Part shown: positions 1 to 9,803 of the stretch, piece by piece
Layout of the letters: each line of letters starts with the position of its first letter
Numbering within the stretch: position 1 is the first letter of the stretch
Assembly: GCA_964510025.1 (NCBI GenBank)
Contig: CAZDZV010000003.1
Location: 1-64,000, forward strand
DNA length: 64,000 nt
From: an uncultured Methanosarcinales archaeon
GTDB lineage: Archaea > Nanobdellota > Nanobdellia > Woesearchaeales > DATDXC01
Direction of reading: 5' to 3'
Translations under genes and position numbers: made by a program
The notes under the pieces: generated by a model
What the model was told of the DNA's origin: nothing
The model's database searches: none
Seen by the model: the letters and a program-made list of their open reading frames with translations, nothing else

Positions 1-68
1 CTTAATGCCGGAAATCTATCCCGTACAGCCTTGCTAATCCTGCAAATTGGCCACTCCGGCACTCTCTC
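1..68 (-). tRNA. 5' part of an intron-containing tRNA, probably class II (Leu-like); runs off the left window edge; 22-nt D-loop intron at 25..46
   Basis: Minus strand reads GAGAGAG-TG-CCGGAGTGGCCAA[intron]ACGG-G-ATAGA-TT. Removing 46..25 gives a normal Leu/Ser-type D arm. The junctions form a bulge-helix-bulge (GGCC/GGCT helix, AAT and GTA bulges). A TTTAAA box lies about 25 nt upstream. Confidence 0.75.
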
Positions 69-106
69 ATAACATGATGAAAATTCAGAGGCATTTAAAA
101 AACTTA

Positions 107-457
107 TCAAGAAATAGAGTCAAGTTTTGATTCGATCTCCTTAATCTCTGCCTTGAGCTTGTCCAGCTCTGTAAGCTCCTTTTTCTCCTTTATCACCTGT
201 TTGGGCTTCTTTCTTCTGGGAGATTTCATCTCAGATGGCAGCAATGATTTAAGCTTGGATACAGAAGACGAAATATCCTTGATATTTGACTTTAATTCCT
301 CTATCTGTTTCTGCCTCTGCTCAGTCTGCCTGCTGAACTTTTCATGACCCTTTAGAATTTCCAGTATTCCTTTGGAGCTTTCCAGTATCTCCTTTCTCAG
401 CTCATCAGATCCTGATACGTTTACAAAAAAAAGTGATTTTTTTTCCTTTTTTCCCAT
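107..457 (-). CDS. hypothetical coiled-coil protein
   Basis: ORF 107..478; likely start MGKKEKK at 457, right after the upstream stop; Lys/Glu-rich heptads. Confidence 0.75.
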   Translation of the reverse strand: MGKKEKKSLFFVNVSGSDELRKEILESSKGILEILKGHEKFSRQTEQRQKQIEELKSNIKDISSSVSKLKSLLPSEMKSPRRKKPKQVIKEKKELTELDKLKAEIKEIESKLDSIS

Positions 458-458
458 T

Positions 459-683
459 TTATACAGATTCAGGCTCAAGAAGCGTATTGTCTATCTTCTC
501 TATCCTCTCTTCTACTTCTGCAATCTTAGCGTTCCAATCAGCAAATTCTTCATCCTCTTTCCTTTTTGCGTCAGTTATCTTAGATAACGTGTCCTTTGCC
601 TCTTTTATCTTCTGCTTTATTGAATGGATCGTATCCATCACGTTTCTGTACTGATCGATCTTTACAAAAACCTTTGCTTCCAT
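459..683 (-). CDS. hypothetical small helical-hairpin protein
   Basis: ATG at 683 preceded by SD-like GGGTGA; starts MEAKVFVKIDQY; coiled-coil pattern. Confidence 0.8.
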   Translation of the reverse strand: MEAKVFVKIDQYRNVMDTIHSIKQKIKEAKDTLSKITDAKRKEDEEFADWNAKIAEVEERIEKIDNTLLEPESV

Positions 684-687
684 AAAA

Positions 688-1203
688 TCACCCTTCAAAC
701 AAGACTTTGTCTATATATTTTAATTTCTGCTGAACATAATTCAGGTTGCTTTTCAGCTTCCCATACATGCTTGTCTCCTCTTTTTCTTCCCAGTTAACCT
801 CTAATAGGTTTTTCTCAAAGCTTTTAAGGCTTGTCTTTATGCTGTCGATGTCATAGTTAATAGCCTTGAAAGTGTCTATCATTATAAACGGTTCCGGATG
901 TATAACCTGTTTTTTCTCCTCTGGCTTGGATTCTACTACTGGCTTCTGAACTTTTGGGGTTTCCTGAAATTTGGGTATTGGTTCGATATCAGCGAAAGTC
1001 TGCGGCCTTATATCTGGAATTTTGTAGGATTCAGAATGCATAGCCTTTGGAGCAGGGATCGGCGCAGCAATAGGTTTTTCAGGATGCTGCTCTTTTTTTG
1101 GAGCTTGAGGAATATTCTTTAGCTGTGGAGGCGGGATAGGAGGAACATCTAGCTCATCATCATCAGAACTGGTTTTTTTCTTAAATCTAGCTAAAAAAGA
1201 CAA
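688..1203 (-). CDS. hypothetical protein, Pro-rich disordered N-terminus plus C-terminal coiled coil
   Basis: TTG start after GAGGGTGG; C-terminal part resembles the two downstream ORFs. Confidence 0.75.
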   Translation of the reverse strand: MSFLARFKKKTSSDDDELDVPPIPPPQLKNIPQAPKKEQHPEKPIAAPIPAPKAMHSESYKIPDIRPQTFADIEPIPKFQETPKVQKPVVESKPEEKKQVIHPEPFIMIDTFKAINYDIDSIKTSLKSFEKNLLEVNWEEKEETSMYGKLKSNLNYVQQKLKYIDKVLFEG

Positions 1204-1314
1204 TCTACCACCCTCAGGTTTTAAAAATATTTACACTATTAAAATCTTTTGGAGCACTTTTAAATAGTAATTGTGGGCTGCGAAGAAAAATTTATATATG
1301 TGCTTGGGGATTAG

Positions 1315-2076
1315 ATGCACATGGATGACATATTCAAAGGGGACAGCAAAATTGACAGCAGCGAAAAACAGGAGTCTTTTAAATCTGCGCTGAGCCATCT
1401 GGGAAGGGGCATAAAGCTGCTGTTTTTCAGCAAGTTCAGCATAAACCTTTTTCTGCTGATAATAATCATGATTCTCTCAGCTAGTTTCAGCTACTGGGCA
1501 AAGCCGCAATATGTTGAAGCAGCTGATAACTGTACAGAAGCTGAACCCTGTCCTGAATGTCCTGAATGCGAACCATGCGCCCGGACCAACTGCAGCGATT
1601 GCCCTGAGAGGAATATCGTGGAGTATGTCTATCGGTACATATGCCCGAAAGGAGGGATCGTCAACAGCAGCGAGGATTGCATACAGCTTGTTCCTGATAC
1701 AGAGCCGGAATATACGAGCACCTCTAATGGAGTTTCAATCTCCCTGGATTCAATTGAATACGAGCTTGATAATGGCACCGTGAAAATAAGAAAGATCAAT
1801 TATACTGTGATAAACCAGGGAAGGGAGGAAATCCTGCCTGAAATTGGATTAAAAGTCTATGATAAATACACAACTGAAATCAAGCAGGGGCATTTCATCA
1901 GGACCTTCATCATCAGTAAATTGCTGGAGCCCGGAGACTGGATAAAAAGGTCAGAAAATGTCATTGTAGACTACGATCTTTCTGAGGGAACAGTGAGACT
2001 GGAGCTGATTGACAGCCTTCCCGATCCAGATGAACTGATAACTGTTGTTTACAGAAGATTTGATTTTTCTGAGTAA
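1315..2076 (+). CDS. membrane-anchored protein with Cys-rich linker and beta-rich extracellular domain
   Basis: One TM helix, then CPECPECEPC...CSDC; TATA-like TTTATATA upstream. Confidence 0.75.
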   Translation: MHMDDIFKGDSKIDSSEKQESFKSALSHLGRGIKLLFFSKFSINLFLLIIIMILSASFSYWAKPQYVEAADNCTEAEPCPECPECEPCARTNCSDCPERNIVEYVYRYICPKGGIVNSSEDCIQLVPDTEPEYTSTSNGVSISLDSIEYELDNGTVKIRKINYTVINQGREEILPEIGLKVYDKYTTEIKQGHFIRTFIISKLLEPGDWIKRSENVIVDYDLSEGTVRLELIDSLPDPDELITVVYRRFDFSE

Positions 2077-2107
2077 GTTTTAAATATTAAAATAGCATTT
2101 TAGGACT

Positions 2108-3934
2108 TTGGGGGTTATTTTGAGGCATATTTTGGGTATTCTAGTCCTTGTACTTTTATCTAGCAATACCTTTGGCGTAATCAGGATTAATGAGATAATG
2201 TATAACCCGGAAGGCAACGACAATAACAAGGAATTTGTAGAGATATTCTCTGATGAAAAAATAAATCTCTCGGATTTTTTGATAGGGGACACCAGCTCCA
2301 ATGACACCTTGCAGAAACTGAAGAACGGCAGCAAACATTATTACCTGATAGTGGAGGAGGAATTCAACATTTCAGGCATAGTCTCATCAGCCTATTCCGC
2401 TGGCACCACCATCGGCAATGGACTAAACACAGATGACTCTGTCTATCTGTACTACAACAACAGCATAGTGGATAATGTATCTTATACTGATAGCTGTGAA
2501 AGCGGGTATTCCCTAGAATATCATAACGGCAGCTTTTGCTGCAGCTTATACAGGGGGGGCACGCCAGGAAAAGCCAACAGCAACAGAAAGATCGACTATA
2601 GCGGGATTGTGATCACGGAATTCTATCCAGACCCACCAGGCGACGACAACACCCCTATGCCTGGAGGAGAGTTCATTGAACTGTACAACAGCGGATCAAA
2701 TTCGAGCGACCTGTCAAGTCTGTATCTTCAGGACTCGTCCAACCACAGAATCTATATCTCTGACACCACAACACTGAACGGAACAAGGATAAATCCTGAA
2801 GGATATCTTGCAGTATATACAAACGGCTTTTCTGGATTCCTGAATAACGAGGATATGGATGAGATAAGGCTTTTTGACCCAGAGGGCAATCTGATCGACA
2901 GAGTTGCATATGGCGGCTCCACAGAGGGGCTATCCTGGTCTAAAGTAAACAGCATCTGGCAACTTCGCCTTCCAAGCCCATCTGAAAAAAATCCTGCAGA
3001 AGAGGTCGGCATGGAATCTGCTTTCAGAATCGAAGCTGTCGAGAACCTTGGTTCAGACAACAAGGCTGAATTTGGGGATATCATAAAAGCCAGAATCAGC
3101 ATATACAAAGGAAATACGAGCAAACAAAGTATAAAAGCCTATATTGAAAATGACGAAACAAGGATAACAAAGACAACCAAAGCAACGCTGTATGACAATT
3201 TCCGCAACTATACACTGACACTTCCGCTGCAGATATACTCCAACTGCAAAGGCAAGTATGGAGAAGGGGAATACTACGTCAGGGTAGGCTGGACATCTTC
3301 CTCAGCAGCTGAGGATTCCTATAAGATAGATGTTGAGGGAATAAATCTGGATAACTGCGACAAGATATATGTTGAAAGGAAGCCAAGAAAAGGAACGCTT
3401 AAGCACAGCCTTCTGGAATGCCCGAAGAACGTAAGAATAGGGGAGGAATTTTGCCTACAGGTAGAGCTTATAAATAATGATGGCATTGACCATTATGTCG
3501 ACCTGTCCAGCTATGTGTACAGGGGGCCAAAATGCTACAGCGGCGACAGAGAGCTGAACAAGAAACAGGTACTCGTAAGGTCAGGAGAAACGAGCAGATT
3601 CGAGCTTAGCAACACAGTCGATGAGGCAGAGCCAGGCGAATACAATATTAAGGTCAAGATAAAGAGAGATGACCAGAAGACTGAAAAATCCGTAACCGAG
3701 AAGATCATGCTCTTGGCAGCACAGGAAAGGACTGAACAAGTGCCAATGGGCGTGGCATCCACTGAGGAAGAAGAAGTGATCAAAGCAGAACTTGCAGAAA
3801 AGCTAGAGCATGTTCCTGAGCTCAGGATGGTCTATGAATCTTCTAATTTTAAATCAAAGAAGATGATACCATATTTTCTGATTACCGTACTTACTTTTTT
3901 GACAATATTTCTGGTTGTCAACAAAAAGATATGA
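2108..3934 (+). CDS. surface protein with two lamin-tail-like (LTD) domains and a C-terminal membrane anchor
   Basis: Signal peptide; INEIMYNP..EFVEI and ITEFYPDP..EFIELYN repeats; GTPG motif; C-terminal TM followed by NKK. The start could be TTG at 2120. Confidence 0.85.
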   Translation: MGVILRHILGILVLVLLSSNTFGVIRINEIMYNPEGNDNNKEFVEIFSDEKINLSDFLIGDTSSNDTLQKLKNGSKHYYLIVEEEFNISGIVSSAYSAGTTIGNGLNTDDSVYLYYNNSIVDNVSYTDSCESGYSLEYHNGSFCCSLYRGGTPGKANSNRKIDYSGIVITEFYPDPPGDDNTPMPGGEFIELYNSGSNSSDLSSLYLQDSSNHRIYISDTTTLNGTRINPEGYLAVYTNGFSGFLNNEDMDEIRLFDPEGNLIDRVAYGGSTEGLSWSKVNSIWQLRLPSPSEKNPAEEVGMESAFRIEAVENLGSDNKAEFGDIIKARISIYKGNTSKQSIKAYIENDETRITKTTKATLYDNFRNYTLTLPLQIYSNCKGKYGEGEYYVRVGWTSSSAAEDSYKIDVEGINLDNCDKIYVERKPRKGTLKHSLLECPKNVRIGEEFCLQVELINNDGIDHYVDLSSYVYRGPKCYSGDRELNKKQVLVRSGETSRFELSNTVDEAEPGEYNIKVKIKRDDQKTEKSVTEKIMLLAAQERTEQVPMGVASTEEEEVIKAELAEKLEHVPELRMVYESSNFKSKKMIPYFLITVLTFLTIFLVVNKKI

Positions 3935-3976
3935 ATTTCCAAAACTTTTTAAATAAAATTTGATTCTTATTCGGCT

Positions 3977-4543
3977 ATGGAGAAAAATTATATCCGTTTT
4001 AAAACAATAATAGAGGTTCTCGGGAAACCAAAGGAGCATGTAGAGCAGGCCCTCAAAGGCTATCTGAGCCAGATCAAGGATGATTCTTCACTTATGGTCG
4101 TGAGCGAAAGCATGGCAGAGGCGAAACAACAAGATAATATGTTCACCATCTTCGCAGAGCTGGAGATGGTCGTAAAAAACCTGCCAACCCTTGCGAGTTT
4201 CTGCTTTGATTATATGCCCTCTTCTGTAGAGATTATAAAGCCGGAAAAACTAGACATTAAGAACAACCAGCTATCAAATTTTTTTAATGATCTACAGGCT
4301 AAGCTGCACAATGTTGACCTGATTGCCAAAAGGCTGAAAAATGAGAACGATTTCCTGAAAAAAAATCTAAAAACCTCACTAAAAAACGTCATCTTGGTTG
4401 TAATTGCGACAAAAAAGGAAATAAGCAAGGATGAGCTATCCGGACTTGCAGGCATCGAGCTTAGCGAGATAGATACATTCTTACAGGAACTTCTAAAGGA
4501 GGGAAAGATTAAAAAAGAGGATTCCCTATATAGACTCAGGTAA
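3977..4543 (+). CDS. conserved archaeal hypothetical protein with C-terminal winged helix
   Basis: IIEVLGKPKEHVE N-terminus, MPSSVEI motif, coiled coil, wHTH-like tail; co-transcribed with scpB. Confidence 0.8.
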   Translation: MEKNYIRFKTIIEVLGKPKEHVEQALKGYLSQIKDDSSLMVVSESMAEAKQQDNMFTIFAELEMVVKNLPTLASFCFDYMPSSVEIIKPEKLDIKNNQLSNFFNDLQAKLHNVDLIAKRLKNENDFLKKNLKTSLKNVILVVIATKKEISKDELSGLAGIELSEIDTFLQELLKEGKIKKEDSLYRLR

Positions 4544-4545
4544 AG

Positions 4546-5553
4546 ATGGAAGAGCTAAAAAAGAAGGTAGAGGCCTTATTATTCTCTTCAGCCAGAAGCA
4601 TGAGCTTAGAAGAACTGACCCGGCTCTGCCGGGCAGGTGAAGAAGAAATAAGAAGGATATTGGAGGAACTGCAGAAAGAATACTCTGAAAAGGCATCAAG
4701 CCTAGCTGTTGTGCAGGATAGAGATATGTGGAAGCTTACCACGAAGGAAGAATACCTAAACCTTGTTAAGAATATCGTTACAAAAACTGAACTGTCCAAA
4801 ACGCTCATGGAGACGCTGGCTGTTGTCGCATTCAAGTATCCTATGAAGCAGTCAGACCTCATAAAAATAAGGACCAATAAGGCCTATGACCACCTGAAAG
4901 AGCTTGAGGAACTAGGCTACATAACCAGACAAAAATACGGAAGAACAAAACTAATAAAGCTTTCTCAGAAATTTTTTGACTATTTCAGCCTTCCGCCAGA
5001 TAAGCTAAAGGAACAGTTCAAGGACTTTGAGGATCTGGCCGTAGCTATAGAAAAAAAAGAAAATGAAATCAAGGAAATAAAGAAGGAGCAAAAAAAGAAA
5101 GCAGCAGAAGTGGACCTGGTAAAGGACGATGGGGAAAAGGTCAAGCTTGAAATTTTTGATGATGCTGTAGAGCAGAAAAATGAAGAACCAATCCAAAAAA
5201 TAGAGCCCTACAGCGAAACCCTTGGAGACCTAGAGGTTGTTGATGAAGCTAAGATAAAGGCAAAAAAAATAAAGAAGACGGAAACTAAGGAGGACAAGCC
5301 CGAAGAGCCTATCCGGGTGGACAATGACGTTGATGAGAAGGTAGAGAAGAGGGTGAATGAGATCCTTGGGCTTCAGCTATCAGAGGCTGAACCAGAGGTT
5401 TCTCCTGTTGACCAGAAGGTAGAAGAATGGCTACATCCAAAAGAAGAGAAACCAGAGCCACTGCACCAAATCGATGAATCCAAATGGGGGCAGAGCTCTG
5501 AGAAAAAAGACATCCTGTACAAGAAGGATACAAAAGAGGGTAAGGTCCAGTGA
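4546..5553 (+). CDS. scpB: SMC-Scp complex subunit ScpB with long charged C-terminal tail
   Basis: VEALLFS, ELSKTLMETLAVVAFKYP, YDHLKEL..LGYI and FFDYF motifs. Confidence 0.93.
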   Translation: MEELKKKVEALLFSSARSMSLEELTRLCRAGEEEIRRILEELQKEYSEKASSLAVVQDRDMWKLTTKEEYLNLVKNIVTKTELSKTLMETLAVVAFKYPMKQSDLIKIRTNKAYDHLKELEELGYITRQKYGRTKLIKLSQKFFDYFSLPPDKLKEQFKDFEDLAVAIEKKENEIKEIKKEQKKKAAEVDLVKDDGEKVKLEIFDDAVEQKNEEPIQKIEPYSETLGDLEVVDEAKIKAKKIKKTETKEDKPEEPIRVDNDVDEKVEKRVNEILGLQLSEAEPEVSPVDQKVEEWLHPKEEKPEPLHQIDESKWGQSSEKKDILYKKDTKEGKVQ

Positions 5554-5702
5554 TATTCCTAGTCAAGTGTCCAAGGTGCAAAAAGAATATGAAGTACCAC
5601 ACAAACACTACTGTTTTAGCCCAGAAGAGGAAGAAATGCGTATATTGCGGAAGGAGTTTTCAGGTCAAGGATAATATAATCAAACGGGCAGCTAAATTCT
5701 AA
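5550..5702 (+). CDS. small zinc-ribbon protein (DUF1922-like), absent from the ORF track
   Basis: GTG overlaps the scpB stop (GTGA); MIFLVKCPRCKKNMKYHTNTTVLAQKRKKCVYCGRSFQVKDNIIKRAAKF has two CxxC motifs. Confidence 0.8.
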   Translation: MIFLVKCPRCKKNMKYHTNTTVLAQKRKKCVYCGRSFQVKDNIIKRAAKF

Positions 5703-5805
5703 AATTTTGCTTTTGTAGCCCCTAAAAACGAAAAATTTTACCCAAAGATTTATAAATAGATAAGGATTATTTTAGGACAGAACAATCTAAAATTCTCGAC
5801 TCAAA

Positions 5806-8238
5806 ATGGAAGAGCATAAACAAGATAAGCCAGCGGTACAGGAGCGGATTTTCCCCAGAGAGATAGAAGATGAGATGAAGCAGAGCTATGTAGACTATGC
5901 TATGTCGGTAATTGTAGGCAGAGCACTGCCTGATGCCCGTGATGGGCTGAAGCCTGTGCATAGAAGAATCCTGTTCGCAATGAATGATCTTGGCATGTTC
6001 CACAACAGGCCTTACAAGAAATCAGCAAGGATCGTAGGGGAAACACTTGGTAAATACCACCCCCATGGTGATTCTGCCGTATATGACAGCATTGTCAGAA
6101 TGACGCAGCCCTTTTCCTTAAGATACCCTCTAATCGACGGCCAGGGAAACTGGGGTTCGATTGACGGAGATAGCGCAGCAGCTATGAGGTACACAGAGTG
6201 CAGGCTCAAGAAAATTGCTGAAGAGATGCTGAAGGATCTGGATAAGAATACTGTAAAATATTCAGATAACTTTGATGGCAGCCTCAAGGAACCCACTGTA
6301 CTGCCATCCATGATACCTAATCTGCTGGTGAATGGAAGCTCAGGGATAGCGGTCGGTATGGCGACCAACATACCACCCCATAATATGGGCGAGATCGTTG
6401 ACGGGGCCATAGCGCAGATTGATAACCCTGATATCTCTCTAAATGAACTTATGAGCTATGTTGCAGGTCCAGATTTCCCTACAGGCGGCCTGATATGCGG
6501 CAGGAACGGCATCATAAATGCTTATTCTACAGGCAGAGGGAGCATAACTGTCAGAGCCAAAATAGAAGAGGATGAAGAGCGCCTGGTTGTGAAGGAAATA
6601 CCGTATATGGTTAACAAGGCAGAGGCAATAAAGGAGATTGCAGACCTTGTGAAGAACAAAAAGATAAGGGGCATAAGCGATATACGGGATGAATCTGACA
6701 GGGAAGGGATGAGGGTAGTTATCCAGCTGAAAAGAGACGCTAACAGGCAGGTAGTACTTAATCAGCTGTATAAGCATACCAGGCTGCAGAACACCTTTGG
6801 AGCAATAATGCTGGCGCTAGTTGACAATGAGCCACATGTATTAAACCTCAAGCAGCTGATACAGAATTTTATCAATTTCAGGAAGGAAGTCATTGTAAAC
6901 AGGACCAGATTTGAGCTGGCAAAGGCTGAGGAAAGAGCCCATATCCTTGCAGGGCTGATAATTGCGCTCAACAATATAGACGATATTATAAGGCTGATCC
7001 GGAAGAGCAATTCCACAAACGAGGCTCTAGAGAGCCTGATGAACCAGTTTGAGATCGATAAAATACAGGGTCAGGCCATACTGGATATGAAGCTTCAAAG
7101 GCTGACCTCACTGGAGCAGAATAAGATAAAAAGTGAGAGAGAGGAGCTGCTGAAGCTTATTGAAGAACTTCAGTCGATCCTGTCTTCTGAAGACAAGGTT
7201 TTTGGCATCATAAAGAAGGAGCTTGCTGAAATGAAGGACAGATATGGCGATGAAAGAAGAAGCGAAATCATCGACATGGAAACTACAGAACTCAATATGG
7301 AGGACCTTATCAAGCCGGGAGAGATGGTCATAACTGTTACACATTCAGGTTATATCAAGAGGCTGCCTGTTGATACCTACCGCAAGCAGAGGAGAGGCGG
7401 CAAGGGTGTGGTTGCAGCAGGCACAAGAGAGGAAGATTTTGTGGAAAGCGTGTTTATAGCCAACACACACTCTTATATCTTATTTTTTACAGACAAGGGA
7501 AAAGTGCACTGGCTTAAGGTCTACTATATCCCGGAAGGAAGCAGACAAGCGAGAGGCCAGGCAATCGTGAATATGCTGAAGCTGGATAAAGACGAAAAGA
7601 TAACGACCTATGTTCCGGTCAGAGAGTTTGATGACAAACACAATATAATCATGGTCACCAAAAAAGGCATTATAAAGAAGGTTAATCTTCAGCAATTCAG
7701 CAATCCAAGACAAAGCGGCATAATCGCCGTTAACCTTAACAACGGAGATGAGCTAATAAGGGCTGCACTGACGGACGGAACCAAGCAGATCATACTAGCA
7801 ACAAGGAACGGTAATGCCCTTCGTTTCGAGGAAGACAAGGTGAGAGAGACGGGAAGGACCGCTAAAGGGGTGAGGGGCATAAACCTTCGTGCGGATGATG
7901 AGGTCATAGGCATGGTCGTTGCAGATGACAAAAAGACGTTATTCACTGCTACTGAAAACGGCTACGGAAAAAGATCAATGATATCCGAATACAGGTTAAC
8001 CAACAGGGGCGGGGTAGGCGTAAGGAATATAATATGCAGCGAAAGAAACGGCAAGGTCGTTTCTATAAAGTCTGTAGAAGATAGCGATGATCTTATTTTT
8101 ATCAGCAAAAAAGGCATAATTATAAGGACAGCTGCAAAAGGGATATCGGTGATCGGCAGGAATACCCAGGGTGTAAGGATAATGAAGCTGGCAGATGGGG
8201 ATAAGCTGGTCGCTACTGCAAAGGTTACTAACGAATAG
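5806..8238 (+). CDS. gyrA: DNA gyrase subunit A
   Basis: [23 protein letters not shown], catalytic AAMRY, GyrA-box QRRGGKG, C-terminal pinwheel repeats. Confidence 0.98.
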   Translation: MEEHKQDKPAVQERIFPREIEDEMKQSYVDYAMSVIVGRALPDARDGLKPVHRRILFAMNDLGMFHNRPYKKSARIVGETLGKYHPHGDSAVYDSIVRMTQPFSLRYPLIDGQGNWGSIDGDSAAAMRYTECRLKKIAEEMLKDLDKNTVKYSDNFDGSLKEPTVLPSMIPNLLVNGSSGIAVGMATNIPPHNMGEIVDGAIAQIDNPDISLNELMSYVAGPDFPTGGLICGRNGIINAYSTGRGSITVRAKIEEDEERLVVKEIPYMVNKAEAIKEIADLVKNKKIRGISDIRDESDREGMRVVIQLKRDANRQVVLNQLYKHTRLQNTFGAIMLALVDNEPHVLNLKQLIQNFINFRKEVIVNRTRFELAKAEERAHILAGLIIALNNIDDIIRLIRKSNSTNEALESLMNQFEIDKIQGQAILDMKLQRLTSLEQNKIKSEREELLKLIEELQSILSSEDKVFGIIKKELAEMKDRYGDERRSEIIDMETTELNMEDLIKPGEMVITVTHSGYIKRLPVDTYRKQRRGGKGVVAAGTREEDFVESVFIANTHSYILFFTDKGKVHWLKVYYIPEGSRQARGQAIVNMLKLDKDEKITTYVPVREFDDKHNIIMVTKKGIIKKVNLQQFSNPRQSGIIAVNLNNGDELIRAALTDGTKQIILATRNGNALRFEEDKVRETGRTAKGVRGINLRADDEVIGMVVADDKKTLFTATENGYGKRSMISEYRLTNRGGVGVRNIICSERNGKVVSIKSVEDSDDLIFISKKGIIIRTAAKGISVIGRNTQGVRIMKLADGDKLVATAKVTNE

Positions 8239-8274
8239 ATATATTTTTAAAATTGCTTAGCAAACCAATACCTT

Positions 8275-9357
8275 ATGAAAGGACTAGCGATCTGCTGCAG
8301 GGGCATAGAGGATATCTGTGCCCTGGATATAAAGGAACTTATAAACTCTGAAGCATCCATAAAAGAAGGATGTGTTGTTTTTCCTGTCAAAGACTCTGAG
8401 GAGCTTTGTTTACTGACATATAGGTCGCAATGCTGTGAGAGAATACTATCCCTTATTGGGGAGTGCAATCAGCCCAGTGACCTGAGAAAGCTCTGTGAAA
8501 AGCTGGATTTTTCCCAATGGCGCGGAAAAAGCTTCAGGGTCAGCTCTAAAATTATCGACAACGAGATAAGCAGCGAAGAGCTTAACAGCGAGGTTGGCTC
8601 ATACATTGAAGGGAAGGTAGATCTAGAAAATCCTGATGTAATCTATTTCGTGTATGTTGTTGGAGACCAATGCTATCTGGGTGTGGATTTCGGCGGAATG
8701 TGGCTGCAGAAAAGAGCCTATAGGATCTTCCACCATAGATCTTCCCTAAGATCAACCATCGCATATGCTTTGGTAAGATTATCCAACTACAAATGCGGGG
8801 ATAGGATTCTTGACTGCTTTATGGGCAACGGCACAATCCCGATAGAGGCTGGATTATTTAGCCTAAAATTTCCTGTAAATTATTTCAGAAAGGAAAGATT
8901 CGCTTTTCTTAAGCTGGGGATCAAGGCAGATGTCCTTAAGGATATGAATATCGACATTATCAGACAGGAGATTTACGGCAGCGATAAGGAATGGCTTTCT
9001 GTAAACAGCGCAAAAAAGAATGCCAAGATCGCAGGCATCAATAAAGCATTATCATTCTCAAGACTAGAAGTCGAATGGCTGGACACAAAATTTGATAAGG
9101 GATCTGTAAATCGGATCGTCACACATCCCCCCAGACTGTCGAAAAACAAGAACGGCAAGGATATCGTCAAGATCTATAATGAATTTTTCTATCAGGCTAA
9201 GTTTATACTGGATAAGGATGGAACCATTGCACTGGTCAGCAATCAGACCGCAGATCTTAAGAAATCTGCTGAGAAAAATGATTTCAGGGCTGAGATAGAA
9301 AGAGAGGTATGGTCTGGAAAAGAAAAGCTGAAGATAATTGTCTTTAAAAATGCTTAG
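8275..9357 (+). CDS. THUMP-domain tRNA/RNA methyltransferase (Trm14-like)
   Basis: GKVDLENPD, KRAYRIFHHRSSL, LDCFMGNGTIPIE; THPP in place of NPPY. Confidence 0.85.
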   Translation: MKGLAICCRGIEDICALDIKELINSEASIKEGCVVFPVKDSEELCLLTYRSQCCERILSLIGECNQPSDLRKLCEKLDFSQWRGKSFRVSSKIIDNEISSEELNSEVGSYIEGKVDLENPDVIYFVYVVGDQCYLGVDFGGMWLQKRAYRIFHHRSSLRSTIAYALVRLSNYKCGDRILDCFMGNGTIPIEAGLFSLKFPVNYFRKERFAFLKLGIKADVLKDMNIDIIRQEIYGSDKEWLSVNSAKKNAKIAGINKALSFSRLEVEWLDTKFDKGSVNRIVTHPPRLSKNKNGKDIVKIYNEFFYQAKFILDKDGTIALVSNQTADLKKSAEKNDFRAEIEREVWSGKEKLKIIVFKNA

Positions 9358-9799
9358 CACGAAAAAGATTTATCAAATTTTTCTGGCGCTGGTTGTAATA
9401 TGGTGCTTTTTAATTATCATTGCCACGATTTTTGACAATATGCTAGCATATGATTTCTTTTCAAGGATATGCCACCAAAAGCCAGACAGGACCATATCCA
9501 TATTGGGAAAAAAGATGCCTGTATGCGCAAGATGCTTTGGCATATATTCTGGATTTCTTCTTGGGACTTCCCTTTACCCCTTTCTGAAGGAGCCTCCAAA
9601 AAAATGGCTACTTATTTTAGCCATACCTCTAGCACTTGATGGCATTACGCAGCTAGCTGGCCTACGAGAGAGCAATAACACATTAAGGCTAGCTACAGGG
9701 ATTATGCTGGGCTCTGTACTGCCTTTCTACATAATCCCAGGTCTTATTGATTTTGTAGAAAAATATATAAACAGAAGAAGCCCAGGAGAGAAACGGTGA
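9350..9799 (+). CDS. DUF2085-family membrane protein
   Basis: ICHQKPDR, PVCARCFGIY, LDGITQ..RESNN.LR.ATG. Confidence 0.88.
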   Translation: MLSTKKIYQIFLALVVIWCFLIIIATIFDNMLAYDFFSRICHQKPDRTISILGKKMPVCARCFGIYSGFLLGTSLYPFLKEPPKKWLLILAIPLALDGITQLAGLRESNNTLRLATGIMLGSVLPFYIIPGLIDFVEKYINRRSPGEKR

Positions 9800-9803
9800 G
9801 AAG

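Noticed and set aside
1..20. Reading the edge tRNA as tRNA-Gly(TCC)
   Set aside because: TCC follows ATAGA-TT, but no complementary TCTAT follows and the D arm is class II-like. This is more likely intron sequence, so the identity cannot be determined here.
5474..5674. 66-aa ORF from the track
   Set aside because: An alternative frame (5550..5702) gives a coupled two-CxxC zinc-ribbon protein and is far more plausible.
5806..8238. ParC (topoisomerase IV) assignment
   Set aside because: The intact GyrA box QRRGGKG and full pinwheel indicate GyrA.
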